A stretch of 64,000 nucleotides of DNA from Verrucomicrobiia bacterium (lineage in GTDB: Bacteria; Acidobacteriota; Polarisedimenticolia; Gp22-AA2), in contig DASRAU010000021.1 of assembly GCA_035638075.1 (NCBI GenBank), positions 73,230 through 137,229 of the forward strand, given 5' to 3'. Below the pieces are notes generated by a model, which worked only from the letters and a program-made list of their open reading frames with translations, had not been told where the DNA came from and did not search any database. Numbering within the stretch: position 1 is the stretch's first letter; every line of letters starts with the position of its first letter. The position numbers were made by a program, and so were the translations under genes. Shown in pieces: positions 10,210-20,480 of the stretch.

Positions 10210-11808
10210 ATGTTGGAAATGCCGGCATGTTCCGGACCGGCCTGGTGCCCCCGCTTGCGTCACGCTTTCGTCCTCGCGCTCGCCCTGCTTCCGGCCGCTT
10301 CCGCCGCTCTTGCCGGCGCGCCGCCGGCGCCGAAGGGCTGGCCGGAAGGGGTCCAGAGTCCCGACGACCGCGGCTTCGCGATCGTGCTGACGAGCCCGGT
10401 CGATCCGTGGCTGCACGGGAAACAGACCCTCCGCGTCGAGACGATGATCCCACGAGACGACACCGTGGATCAGGTCGATTTCTTCGTGGACCGGCACCTG
10501 GTCTTCGTGGACACCGACGAGCCGTACAGCACGACCTTCGAGTTCGGCCCCGAGATCCGCCGCCACACGATCGAGGTGAAGGCGCTGACGCACGAGGGCC
10601 GGCGCGCCCGCGTGTCGTTCGTGTCGCGATCGGCGGACCTCGCGGAGAACGCGCCGGGGCGCGTCGTCACCTTCGCGGCGATGGTGCGCGACACCGCCGG
10701 GCAGCCGGTGGATCGCCTCGACGTGAGCGATTTCTCGCTCACCGAAGGGACGGCGCCGCAGGGCATCGTGCACTTCCTCGCGGGACCGGCGCCGACGTCG
10801 ATCGCGGTCGTCGTCGATCCGGCGGTGGCGGACGCGGCGCGCGAGCCGATGGTCCGCTTCCTGCGCCAGCTCCCGCCCCACCAGGCGCTGGCCGTGTTCG
10901 GACCGGGCGGATCCTCAGGTCCCGCGGCGCCGGGTGGCGCCGCCAACGGCGAGACCGACGCGGCTCTGCGCCGGAAAGAGACATCCGCGGAGCCCGCGAA
11001 GGAAGGTGGGAAGCCTTGGCTCGTGGTCCCGCGCGCCGAGCCGTCGCCTTTCACCTATGACGTCGCATCCATCCTGGCCGCGTTCGACACGCCCGCCGCG
11101 CCCGCACCTGATGTCGTCCCGGCGGAGAGTCACGCGGCCAACCACCGATCGGCGGGCACGCCACCGGTCCCGTCGTGGTCCGAGCTGGCGGCACGTGCCT
11201 CCGCCGCCCTGGCCCAGCGACCGGGCCCCCGCCTGCTGCTCGTGATCGCGCCCGTGGCGCCTTTCGGTGACGAGCCGCTCGGACCGCCTTTGCCGGCGGC
11301 GTTCCTGGAAACGAAGAACGGCGCGAAAGCCTCGGCCGTCCCCGCCGTGCCGGCCGGCGCGAAGACGCCGCCCGTGGACATCGACCCCCTGACCGCGGCC
11401 ATCGAAGCCGTGCGCAGGAGCGGCGCATCGCTGCGCATTCTCGCCCTGCCGGCCCCGCCCGAGCGGCCCTGGAGCGATGCGAAGAAGACGGAGCGGGCGC
11501 TCTCGGAGGCGGCCGCCGACACCGGCGGCGACTACGACACGGCTTTCGATGCGACGGCGATCGCCCGGGCCCTCGATGCCGTGACCGAGACCCTGCGCCA
11601 CCAGTACATCGTGTCGTACGTCCGCGCGCCCGGTGAGCACGGGGGCTTCAAGCCACTCGAGCTGGAAGTCCGCGGCCGGGATCGGTCGGTCGAAGCGCCC
11701 CGCTCGGTCTTCCTCGGAGAGGAGACACCACCGCCTCCGAACAAGTCCACCGCGACGGCGAACAAAACCACCGCGACGACGCAGGCGCCGGCGGCACCGA
11801 AACCGTAA
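10210..11808 (+). CDS. Secreted protein with VWFA-related acidobacterial-type domain
   Basis: Signal peptide. Motif GQPVDRLDVSDFSLTEGTAPQGIVHF matches the G.PV.GL...DF.l.EDG..Q.I..F signature of the Acidobacteria-specific VWFA-related domain family. Thr/Ala/Pro-rich C-terminal tail. Confidence 0.55.
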   Translation: MLEMPACSGPAWCPRLRHAFVLALALLPAASAALAGAPPAPKGWPEGVQSPDDRGFAIVLTSPVDPWLHGKQTLRVETMIPRDDTVDQVDFFVDRHLVFVDTDEPYSTTFEFGPEIRRHTIEVKALTHEGRRARVSFVSRSADLAENAPGRVVTFAAMVRDTAGQPVDRLDVSDFSLTEGTAPQGIVHFLAGPAPTSIAVVVDPAVADAAREPMVRFLRQLPPHQALAVFGPGGSSGPAAPGGAANGETDAALRRKETSAEPAKEGGKPWLVVPRAEPSPFTYDVASILAAFDTPAAPAPDVVPAESHAANHRSAGTPPVPSWSELAARASAALAQRPGPRLLLVIAPVAPFGDEPLGPPLPAAFLETKNGAKASAVPAVPAGAKTPPVDIDPLTAAIEAVRRSGASLRILALPAPPERPWSDAKKTERALSEAAADTGGDYDTAFDATAIARALDAVTETLRHQYIVSYVRAPGEHGGFKPLELEVRGRDRSVEAPRSVFLGEETPPPPNKSTATANKTTATTQAPAAPKP

Positions 11809-12171
11809 CAGCCGAACCGATGGGGTTGGGGCGACCGCGGCGCCGCGGCGCTACCGGGGCGACTGGGGAGCCGGTTCCCCGTCCCCGTCACTGCCCGGGA
11901 GCGGGCGCCGCACGACGACCGGGGGGTCGGAGTCCTTCTCGCCACCCGACCAGTTGATCGATCGGCATTCGGCGAGCAGCTCGCAGCGGACGCACTCCTT
12001 CATCTTGTGGAGGGTGGAAATGACGGTTCCGAAACAATCCTTGGCGATCCGCGGCAAAGAGCCCTCCGGCGGCACCGCGACCAGCGTCGCGGACGATCGG
12101 CAGCGTGGAGATAATCTATTGGCCCGGCGACGGCTGTCAACCTCGGAAATCGCGCGGTATACTCGCCGCGT

Positions 12172-13191
12172 TTGCTGTGGAAAACGCTTCAACTCCCGCG
12201 CCCGCGCCTGATCCTCGCGGTCTGGCTGTCGGCGTTGCCGGCGGCGTGGGGCGTCGTGCATGCGGCGGAAGAAACCTCACCGCGGGCTCTCATGCGCTAC
12301 GGGGTCGAGGCCGCCCGCGGCGGCTTGTGGCGCGAGGCGCTGGCCCGATGGGAGCGAGCCGTGCAGACGGACGCCGAGAATCCGCGTCTCCGGAACAACC
12401 TCGCGGTCGCCTACGAGGCCGCGGGCCGCATGGCCGACGCCGGACGCGCGTACGCCGAAGCCCGTAAGCAATTCCCCGAATCCAAGGAGGTGCGCGACAA
12501 CCAGGAGTCCTTCCTGGCGCTCCATCCCGAACTCAAGGAGGACATCCCCGGTCCCGTGCCGCCGGCCACCAAGCACAAGGGCAAGGTGACGCGAGTCACA
12601 CTCTTCGTCCCCACGCCCGAGCACATCGACATGACGGGGATCCGGCACGTCCTGGTGACCAGGATGGTCATCGACGAGGAGCCGGACGAGCTCGACCTCA
12701 GCAAGGAGCTGGTCGGGGTGCTGCGGCGCGACTGGCGCAACCGCACCACGCTCGACATGCTCGACGTCGACCCGCCGGCCCTGCCGGAGCAGCCGATCCG
12801 CGACCTGCTCGCCAACACCGGCTTCTGGCGCAAGCTCGCCGAGCGCTACGACGCGGATCTCGTGGTCTCGGGCGAGGCGGGCTTCAAGACCGCCGACCGC
12901 TCGGGCTACGTGTCGGTGGACGAGATCTCGCCGATGACCGGGCAGCGCGTGCGCCGCACCCGCTTCGTCACCCGCGAAGCGTTCCTGCTCGACCTGCACC
13001 TCTTCTTCCTCAAGGGAGACACGGGGGAGCTGCTGTACGAGGACCATTTCAGCGGCGAGCACACGTACGACGGCGCCGGGTTCGATCGGCTGTCGGGGCT
13101 CTTCATGCTGTACGACGAGATGTCCGGCGACATCCGCGGCATCGTTTCCCCCGGGGTGCGGTCCCTGCCGCGCTCCCTGTTCGAGGAATGA
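12172..13191 (+). CDS. Secreted hypothetical protein with N-terminal TPR-like region
   Basis: Signal peptide MLWKTLQLPRPRLILAVWLSALPAAWGVVHAA. A TATACT -10-like hexamer lies about 20 nt upstream. The stop overlaps the start of the next gene (ATGA). Confidence 0.5.
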   Translation: MLWKTLQLPRPRLILAVWLSALPAAWGVVHAAEETSPRALMRYGVEAARGGLWREALARWERAVQTDAENPRLRNNLAVAYEAAGRMADAGRAYAEARKQFPESKEVRDNQESFLALHPELKEDIPGPVPPATKHKGKVTRVTLFVPTPEHIDMTGIRHVLVTRMVIDEEPDELDLSKELVGVLRRDWRNRTTLDMLDVDPPALPEQPIRDLLANTGFWRKLAERYDADLVVSGEAGFKTADRSGYVSVDEISPMTGQRVRRTRFVTREAFLLDLHLFFLKGDTGELLYEDHFSGEHTYDGAGFDRLSGLFMLYDEMSGDIRGIVSPGVRSLPRSLFEE

Positions 13192-16100
13192 TCCGGCCCG
13201 GGCGCGCCCTGGGTGTCGCCGTGGCGGCGGCGCTCCTCCTCCTGCTCCTGCCGGCGCAGGCGCACGCTTTCGGCAAGAACAAGATCGTCTACCAGGACTT
13301 CAAGTGGAGCATCTACAAGGCGCCCCACTTCGACGTCTACTACTACCCGGAGGAGGCGCCGATGCTCGAGCAGGTCGTCTCCTTCGCCGAGTCGCAGTAC
13401 ACGCGCCTGTCGCAGATCCTCGACCACGAGATCAAGTTCCGCATCAACCTGATCGTCTACCGCACCCACGCCGAGTTCGAGCAGACCAACATCTCGCTCG
13501 GCTTCATCCCGCAGTACGTGGCGGCATTCTCCGAGCCGCTCGCCGACCGGATGGTGGTGCCCCTCGATCTCCCCCCGGACGAGCTGTACGCGCTGTTCGG
13601 GCACGAGCTGACGCACGTCTTCCAGTTCAGCCTGCTGTACCAGGAGTCGGTGTCGCGCGCCTTCCGCAGCAACGCGCCGGGCTGGGTCATGGAGGGGATG
13701 GCGTCCTACATGGCGCAGGACGAATCCTCGCTCGACCTGATGATCATCCGCGACGCGGTGATCTACGGCCTCATCCCGCCGATCCACCGGGTGCAGGTCA
13801 CCAACTTCCTGACCTACCGCTTCGGCCACGCCGCCTTCGCCTTCATCGAGGAGAAATACGGCCAGGAGGGGCTGCGCACCTTCATCGCCGAGTTCCGCAA
13901 GAGCCTCCTGACCAACAACATCGAGAAGCCGATCCAGGACGCCTTCGGCATCGACGGCGACGAGTTCGACCGGCAGTTCAAGAAATATTTACAAAAGAAG
14001 TACCTGCCGATCCTGCTGGAGAAGAAGGAGCCGCAGGACTACGGCCACGAGATCGCCAAGAAAGACCCGCGCGAGGCGGACGTCGTCAACTTCAGCCCCG
14101 CGCTGTCGCCCTCCGGCGATCTGATCGCGGTTTTCACGACGCGGTGGCGCGATCTCGACGCCTGCATCCTGTCGGCGCGCGACGGCAAGGTGTGGCGCCC
14201 GCTCACCAAGGGGTTCACCAACAAGTACGAGGACCTGGTCTACGGCGCCTTCCAGGGGAAGAAGGACCTGACGTGGTCGCCCGACGGCGACATGGTGGCG
14301 ATGTTCGCGCGCAAGGAGAACGAGCGGGTCCTCCTGATCCACAGCGCGGTGGACGGGAACCTCAAGCAGGTCGTGTCGATCCCCGGGATCGACGACGAGC
14401 TCTCCCCCTCCTGGTCGCCGGACAAGAACGTCATCGCGTTCGAGGGGGTGAAGGACGGGGTCACCGACATCTTCACGTACAACCTGCACACCAAGGCGAT
14501 CCAGAACCTGACGCAGGACACGTTCTTCGACAGCAACCCCGCCTGGTCGCACGACGGCAAGCAGGTCCTCTACAACCGGCGCATCGGTCCCGCGACCAAG
14601 GTCTTCATGGTGGACGCGAACGACCCGACGCGGAAGGTGCAGCTGACCTTCGGCGAGAGCGACGACCTGATGCCCACCTTCTCGCGCGACGGGAAGACGG
14701 TCTACTACACGAGCGACGTGGACGGCGGCATCTACAACCTGCACGCGCTGAGCCTCGAGTCCGGCGACATCCGGCGGCTGACGAGCCTCGCCGGCGGCGC
14801 CTTCACCCCGCAGGAGCTGCCCGACGAAGGCGGGAAGACGTCGCTCGCCTTCTCCGCCTATGCCGAGGGGCGGCTCAAGATCTACCGCATGCAGCCCGGC
14901 GAGCCTGAAGGCGTGAAGCTGGCGGCCGACCAGTCCCAGGAGCCGGCCGATCTGCAGCCGTTCGAGCCGCCTTTGCGGCTGTCGCTCGACGAGGCGGCCA
15001 AGAAGCCGTACGACAAGATCCACTTCCACCTCGAGAACGCCCCGAGCGTGCTCGTCGGCGTCGCCGACGACGGGACGCTCCTCGGCAACGCCACGGTGCT
15101 GCTGTCGGATCTGCTCGGCGATCGCCGCATGGTGTTCGATTTCCAGTCGGTCTCGACCTTCTCGAACTTCTTCTACCAGTACCTGAATGTGCGGAAGCGC
15201 ATGCAGTGGGGGGCGTTCATCCGCGACTACCGCGACTACTACATCGCGCAGTCGGTCAGCACCAATGCCATCGCCCGGACGAACGAATCGTTCAGCACGA
15301 CGGCGGTGGGGGGCACGGTCGCCTGGCCGTTCAACCGCTACTACCGCATCTCCGGGAGCGCCGGCTACACCATGCGCTCGTACACCCGCCCGGTCCTGCA
15401 GCTCGACGGGACCATCTCGTACCCGTCGACCGACGAGAAGTTCCCGTTCGTCGGCTGGGCGCTCGACGGCGACACGACGCGGTACCAGGAGTTCGGCCCG
15501 TACCACGGGCAGCGCTACCGACTGTCGCAGTACTACGCCCCGACGGTGCAAATCTCGTCCGGTGACCAGAGCGTGACGGCCTCGACGCTCAACACCGAGC
15601 TCGACTACCGCATCTACCGGAAGGTGACGGCGCGGTCCCTGTTCGCCATCCGGCTGGCGGCCTATGTCAGCAACGGCGAGGCGTACAACATCTACTCGAC
15701 GGGCGGTCTCAACTACCTGCGCGGCTACGATTTCAGGGACTTCTACGGCAACCGGGTCGCCTACACCAACATCGAGTTCCGTTTCCCGCTCGTGGACGCG
15801 CTCGTCTTCCCCGTCGGCATCCTGCGGGACATCCGCGGCTTCGCCTTCCTCGATGTCGCGGCCGCCTGGTTCCAGGGGGACCTGTTCACCCATCCGGATT
15901 CGACGCCCTACCTCACCGATATGGCGGACCCGAAGCACCTCTACGCCCTGGACCAGAACAACAACGTCATCCCGAAGACCTTCCACTTCTGGGATTCGGA
16001 GAACGACAAGCTGGGAGACGGGCGCGGCGCCTATGGATTCGGCTTCAACGTCTTCCTGGGGCCGTTCCAGCTCACCTGGTCGTACGCGCACCAGCTCGAG

Positions 16101-16229
16101 AACACCATGGAAGTGTGCGACACCTCGGGAGACGGCGTCTGCGACCCGAAGACGGACGTGCGCCGCATCGACGACCCGTTCCACAAGTCGGGATCCGTCG
16201 GCCAGTTCTACATCGCCATCGACTTCTAG
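13188..16229 (+). CDS. Large outer-membrane fusion protein: N-terminal gluzincin-like (HEXXH) domain, TolB-like PD40 beta-propeller, C-terminal Omp85/surface-antigen (D15) beta-barrel
   Basis: Signal peptide. HELTHVFQ...WVMEGMASY (HExxH + downstream E). Repeated PD40 motifs (SPDGDMVAMF, SWSPDKNVIAF, AWSHDGKQVLY, TFSRDGKTVYYTSD). Omp85-type C-terminus (GGLNYLRGYDFRDFYGNRVAYTNIEFRFPL ... GQFYIAIDF). Confidence 0.7.
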   Translation: MIRPGRALGVAVAAALLLLLLPAQAHAFGKNKIVYQDFKWSIYKAPHFDVYYYPEEAPMLEQVVSFAESQYTRLSQILDHEIKFRINLIVYRTHAEFEQTNISLGFIPQYVAAFSEPLADRMVVPLDLPPDELYALFGHELTHVFQFSLLYQESVSRAFRSNAPGWVMEGMASYMAQDESSLDLMIIRDAVIYGLIPPIHRVQVTNFLTYRFGHAAFAFIEEKYGQEGLRTFIAEFRKSLLTNNIEKPIQDAFGIDGDEFDRQFKKYLQKKYLPILLEKKEPQDYGHEIAKKDPREADVVNFSPALSPSGDLIAVFTTRWRDLDACILSARDGKVWRPLTKGFTNKYEDLVYGAFQGKKDLTWSPDGDMVAMFARKENERVLLIHSAVDGNLKQVVSIPGIDDELSPSWSPDKNVIAFEGVKDGVTDIFTYNLHTKAIQNLTQDTFFDSNPAWSHDGKQVLYNRRIGPATKVFMVDANDPTRKVQLTFGESDDLMPTFSRDGKTVYYTSDVDGGIYNLHALSLESGDIRRLTSLAGGAFTPQELPDEGGKTSLAFSAYAEGRLKIYRMQPGEPEGVKLAADQSQEPADLQPFEPPLRLSLDEAAKKPYDKIHFHLENAPSVLVGVADDGTLLGNATVLLSDLLGDRRMVFDFQSVSTFSNFFYQYLNVRKRMQWGAFIRDYRDYYIAQSVSTNAIARTNESFSTTAVGGTVAWPFNRYYRISGSAGYTMRSYTRPVLQLDGTISYPSTDEKFPFVGWALDGDTTRYQEFGPYHGQRYRLSQYYAPTVQISSGDQSVTASTLNTELDYRIYRKVTARSLFAIRLAAYVSNGEAYNIYSTGGLNYLRGYDFRDFYGNRVAYTNIEFRFPLVDALVFPVGILRDIRGFAFLDVAAAWFQGDLFTHPDSTPYLTDMADPKHLYALDQNNNVIPKTFHFWDSENDKLGDGRGAYGFGFNVFLGPFQLTWSYAHQLENTMEVCDTSGDGVCDPKTDVRRIDDPFHKSGSVGQFYIAIDF

Positions 16230-17128
16230 CTAGCCGGGCTGCGCCGAGGCGCGTCCAAGCGACAGCGCCGCCGCGGCGAGCGCGAGCAGGAGACCCAGGA
16301 GAGGCAGAATCGCCAGGACGTCGGCGGGCGGAAACCGTCCGGCCGCGAGCGCCAGGAGCGGGTTCTCCCGGTAGGGATTCGATCGCACCAGCATCCACCA
16401 GGTGAGCCGCAGGCCCGCGAGCGCGAGCAGGCCCCCGGCGAGCCCCTGTGTCGCCGCGCCGAGCAGGAACGGCGCCCGGATGAACGAGGCGGTCGCGCCG
16501 ACGAGCTTCATGATCTCGATCTCCTCGCGGCGCGCCAGGACCGTGAGCCGCACGACGGCGCCGACCGTCACCATCACCGCCATCACCAGGAGCGCGCCGA
16601 GACCGTAGCCGCCGTTGCGGAAGAAGTCGAGGAGCGCCGTCAGCCGCTCGAACCAGCCGCGGTCGAAGCGGACTTCGTCCACGCCGGGACCGACCTTGTA
16701 CGCCTTCGCCAGCCGCTCCGCCTCCTCGGCTCCCTGGTGCGCCGGCCGCAGCACCACCTCGAACGAGGCCGGGAAGAGGTTCTCGCCGAGCCCGGCCGAG
16801 ATCCCCGACAGGCGCGGGAAGCGGCCCTCGAAGCGCCGGCGCGCTTCTTCCGCCGGCACCAGCCGCGCCTCCGCGACGGCGTCGTCCGACACCAGTCCCA
16901 TGCGCACGGCTTCGATCTCTTCGCGGGTCGCGTCGGGGCGCATGTAGACCTGCATCTGCAATTCCTTCCCGAGCGTCGCCGTGGCGAGCCGCACGTTCCA
17001 GGCGATGAGGACGAACATCCCCAGGACGTACAGCGACACCGCCATCGACAGGGTCGCCAGGAGTGTCAGGGCCGGGTGCCGCGTCAGCCCGTCGCGCGCC
17101 TCCTTCAGGATCGGCAGGAGGATCGCCG

Positions 17129-17132
<4 letters not shown>
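16230..17132 (-). CDS. ftsX: Cell-division ABC transporter permease FtsX
   Basis: Four TM segments with a large periplasmic loop, typical FtsX layout. 4-nt overlap with ftsE. Confidence 0.8.
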
Positions 17133-17794
<662 letters not shown>

Positions 17795-17849
17795 CGCGGC
17801 GGCCGCCGCGCGGAGCCGCATTCCGCCCGGTGCGCGGCGCGGGCCCCGC

Positions 17850-19316
17850 TCACGAGTCGAGTCGTTCCTTCAGGAGCCGGTTCACGACGGACGGGTTCGC
17901 CTTGCCTCCGGTCGCCTTCATGATCTGGCCGACCAGGAACCCGAGCACGCCGGTCTTGCCGCCTTTGTACGACGCGACCTGCCCCGGATTCGCCGCGAGG
18001 ACCGCGTCCACGGCAGCGGCGATGGCGCCTTCGTCGGAGACCTGCGTCAGGCCGCGCGCCTTCACGAGCTCCGCCGGGTCGGCGCCGCTCGTCCAGATCT
18101 CCTCGAACAGCTCCTTGGCGATCTTGCCGGAGACAGCACCGCTCTCCACCAGCTTCACGAGCGCGCCCAGCCGCTCGGGCGGGAGCGGCGCCGCCTCGAT
18201 GCCGCTCTCCCCTCCCTTCAGCTTGCGCAGCACCTCGGTCAGGACCCACGACGCCGCGGTCTTCGGCGCCCCCGATGCCTTCGCGGCCGCCTCGAAGTAA
18301 TCGCCCAGCGCCCTGTCGCTCGTCAGCACGCGGGCGTCCTGATCCTTGATCCCGAGCGGGCCGACGTAGCGCGCGCGCCGATCCCACGGCAGCTCCGGAA
18401 GGTCGTTCCGGATCGCCTCGACCCACTCCGGGGCGACGACGAGCGGCGGCAGGTCCGGCTCGGGGAAGTAGCGGTAGTCGTGCGCCTCCTCCTTCGAGCG
18501 CATGGAGTGGGTGCGATCCTCCCTGGGATCGTAGAGGCGCGTCTCCTGCACGATGGTGCCGCCGCCGTCGAGCACCGCCGCCTGGCGGACGATCTCGTGC
18601 TCGATGCCGAACTGGACGAACTTGAACGAGTTGAGGTTCTTCAGCTCGACCTTGACGCCGAACTTCGTCTGCCCCTTCGGCCGCAGGGACACGTTGGCGT
18701 CGCAGCGCAGCGACCCCTCCTCCATATTGCCGTCGGTGACGCCGATCCAGACGAGGGCATTGCGGAGCGTCGAGAAGTAGGCGTGCGCTTCCTGCGGCGA
18801 TCGCAGGTCCGCCTCGGAGACGATCTCGATGAGCGGCATGCCGGAGCGGTTGAAGTCCACGTACGAGCGCGTGGCGGAGTCGTGGAACCCCTCGTGCAGG
18901 AGCTTCCCGGCGTCCTCCTCCATGTGGATGCGCGTCAGCCGCACCTTCTTGGGCCCGCCGGGCGTGTCGATCTCCAGCCAGCCGCCGGTCATGAGAGGCC
19001 GGTCGAACATCGAGATCTGGTAGCCCTTCGGCAGGTCCGGGTAGAAGTAGTTCTTGCGCGCGAAGATCGAACGCTCCTGAATGTCGCAGTGGAGCGCCAG
19101 CCCGGCCCGCACCGCGAACTCGACCGATTTCCGGTTGAGCACCGGCAAAACCCCCGGCATGCCGAGGCAGACCGGGCAGACCTGGGTGTTCGGCGGCGCG
19201 CCGAACTTCGTCGGGCAGCCGCAGAAAATCTTCGAGGCGGTGAGGAGCTGGCAGTGGACTTCCAGCCCGATCACCGGTTCCCAGCGTTCCAGGGGATTGG
19301 CGTGGGGGTTCGACAT
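17850..19316 (-). CDS. gatB: Asp-tRNA(Asn)/Glu-tRNA(Gln) amidotransferase subunit B
   Basis: WEPVIGLEVHCQL, CGCP...CPVCLGMPG zinc site, and the full-length GatB pattern including the C-terminal YqeY-like tail. Confidence 0.9.
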   Translation of the reverse strand: MSNPHANPLERWEPVIGLEVHCQLLTASKIFCGCPTKFGAPPNTQVCPVCLGMPGVLPVLNRKSVEFAVRAGLALHCDIQERSIFARKNYFYPDLPKGYQISMFDRPLMTGGWLEIDTPGGPKKVRLTRIHMEEDAGKLLHEGFHDSATRSYVDFNRSGMPLIEIVSEADLRSPQEAHAYFSTLRNALVWIGVTDGNMEEGSLRCDANVSLRPKGQTKFGVKVELKNLNSFKFVQFGIEHEIVRQAAVLDGGGTIVQETRLYDPREDRTHSMRSKEEAHDYRYFPEPDLPPLVVAPEWVEAIRNDLPELPWDRRARYVGPLGIKDQDARVLTSDRALGDYFEAAAKASGAPKTAASWVLTEVLRKLKGGESGIEAAPLPPERLGALVKLVESGAVSGKIAKELFEEIWTSGADPAELVKARGLTQVSDEGAIAAAVDAVLAANPGQVASYKGGKTGVLGFLVGQIMKATGGKANPSVVNRLLKERLDS

Positions 19317-19404
19317 GCTGACCCGGTCGGAGCCGGGGCGGCATCGTAGCAGAAAATGCTAGAGTACCGGCCGCCGGACGCGTCGCTCCGGCCGGGAGAA
19401 CAGC

Positions 19405-20430
19405 GTGGCCAGCGTGCGCGTCGCGATTCTCGGCGCCGGCAATCTGGGAACGGCGCTCGGCATCGTCCTGACCGGCGGCACCCCCGGCATCCGCGCCGGG
19501 CGCAACCGGCACGTCGTCGTCTGGACCATCGAGGGCGACGTCGCCGAAGAGATCCGCACCCGCCGGCAGAACCGCAAGTACCTCCCCGACGTCGAGCTGC
19601 CGCGCGGCCTCCAGGTCACCATGGACCTGAAGGAAGCGCTCTCCGGTGCCGACGTGGTGATCTTCGCCCTCCCATCGAAGGTGGTGAAGGAAGTCGCGCG
19701 GCAGGTGGCGGCGATCTACGGCGCATCCGCACCGGTGCCGAAGCCGGCCCTGGTCAGCGCTTCGAAGGGTCTCGAGCCCGAGACCGACCGGCGCATGAGC
19801 CAGGTGATCGCCGCCGAGCTGCCGGCGGCGCTCGGGATCCCGGTGATGGCGATCTCGGGCCCGTCGATCGCGCACGAGCTGAGCCGGGGCGTGGTCACCG
19901 CGGTCACCCTCGCCTACAGCGACCCGCGCCCGGCCCGCGCCGTGCGCCGGCAGATCCAGACGCCCATCCTGCGCTTCGACATCAGCCGCGACATCGCCGG
20001 CGTCGAGCTGGGAGGGGTGCTGAAGAACGCCTACACGCTTCTCTTCGGGCTGTGCGACGGGCTCGGCCTGGGACTCAACACCAAGGCGGCCCTCCTGACG
20101 CGCGCCCTCCCCGAGATGACCCGTCTCGGGGTCGCCCTCGGCGGCCGGCGCGCCACGTTCCTGTCGCTGCCCGGGCTCGGCGATCTCATCGGCACGGGGC
20201 TCAGCCACCACAGCCGCAATCGCCGCATGGGCGAGGAGCTCATCCGCCGCGCCTCGCACGAGGAGGCCCTCGCGTCGATCCCCGGGGTGGTGGAAGGAGT
20301 CGGCTCGCTCGCCCTGGCCCGCGCGCTCGCCGCCAAGCGCAAGATGAAGCTCCCCATCCTCGAGGGGCTGGCCGCCATCCTCGACCGGAAGGCCGACCCT
20401 CTCGCCACGATCACCAAGCTGGCGGGGTGA
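19405..20430 (+). CDS. gpsA: NAD(P)H-dependent glycerol-3-phosphate dehydrogenase
   Basis: GTG start. Rossmann motif VAILGAGNLGTALG, then GVLKNAYTLLFGLCDGLGLGLNTKAALLTRAL. Confidence 0.85.
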   Translation: MASVRVAILGAGNLGTALGIVLTGGTPGIRAGRNRHVVVWTIEGDVAEEIRTRRQNRKYLPDVELPRGLQVTMDLKEALSGADVVIFALPSKVVKEVARQVAAIYGASAPVPKPALVSASKGLEPETDRRMSQVIAAELPAALGIPVMAISGPSIAHELSRGVVTAVTLAYSDPRPARAVRRQIQTPILRFDISRDIAGVELGGVLKNAYTLLFGLCDGLGLGLNTKAALLTRALPEMTRLGVALGGRRATFLSLPGLGDLIGTGLSHHSRNRRMGEELIRRASHEEALASIPGVVEGVGSLALARALAAKRKMKLPILEGLAAILDRKADPLATITKLAG

Positions 20431-20480
20431 GGTCGTCCCGTGAGACGATCGGCCCTCGCGCCCATTCCGGAGACGATGAC

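Noticed and set aside
11851-12003. 50-aa minus-strand ORF (MKECVRCELLAECRSINWSGGEK...) in the 11.8-12.2 kb intergenic gap
   Set aside because: It has no recognisable RBS and no identifiable domain, and only three Cys so it is not a clear zinc ribbon. It may be a genuine small protein but I cannot support it. The longer version to 12261 would overlap the next gene's start.
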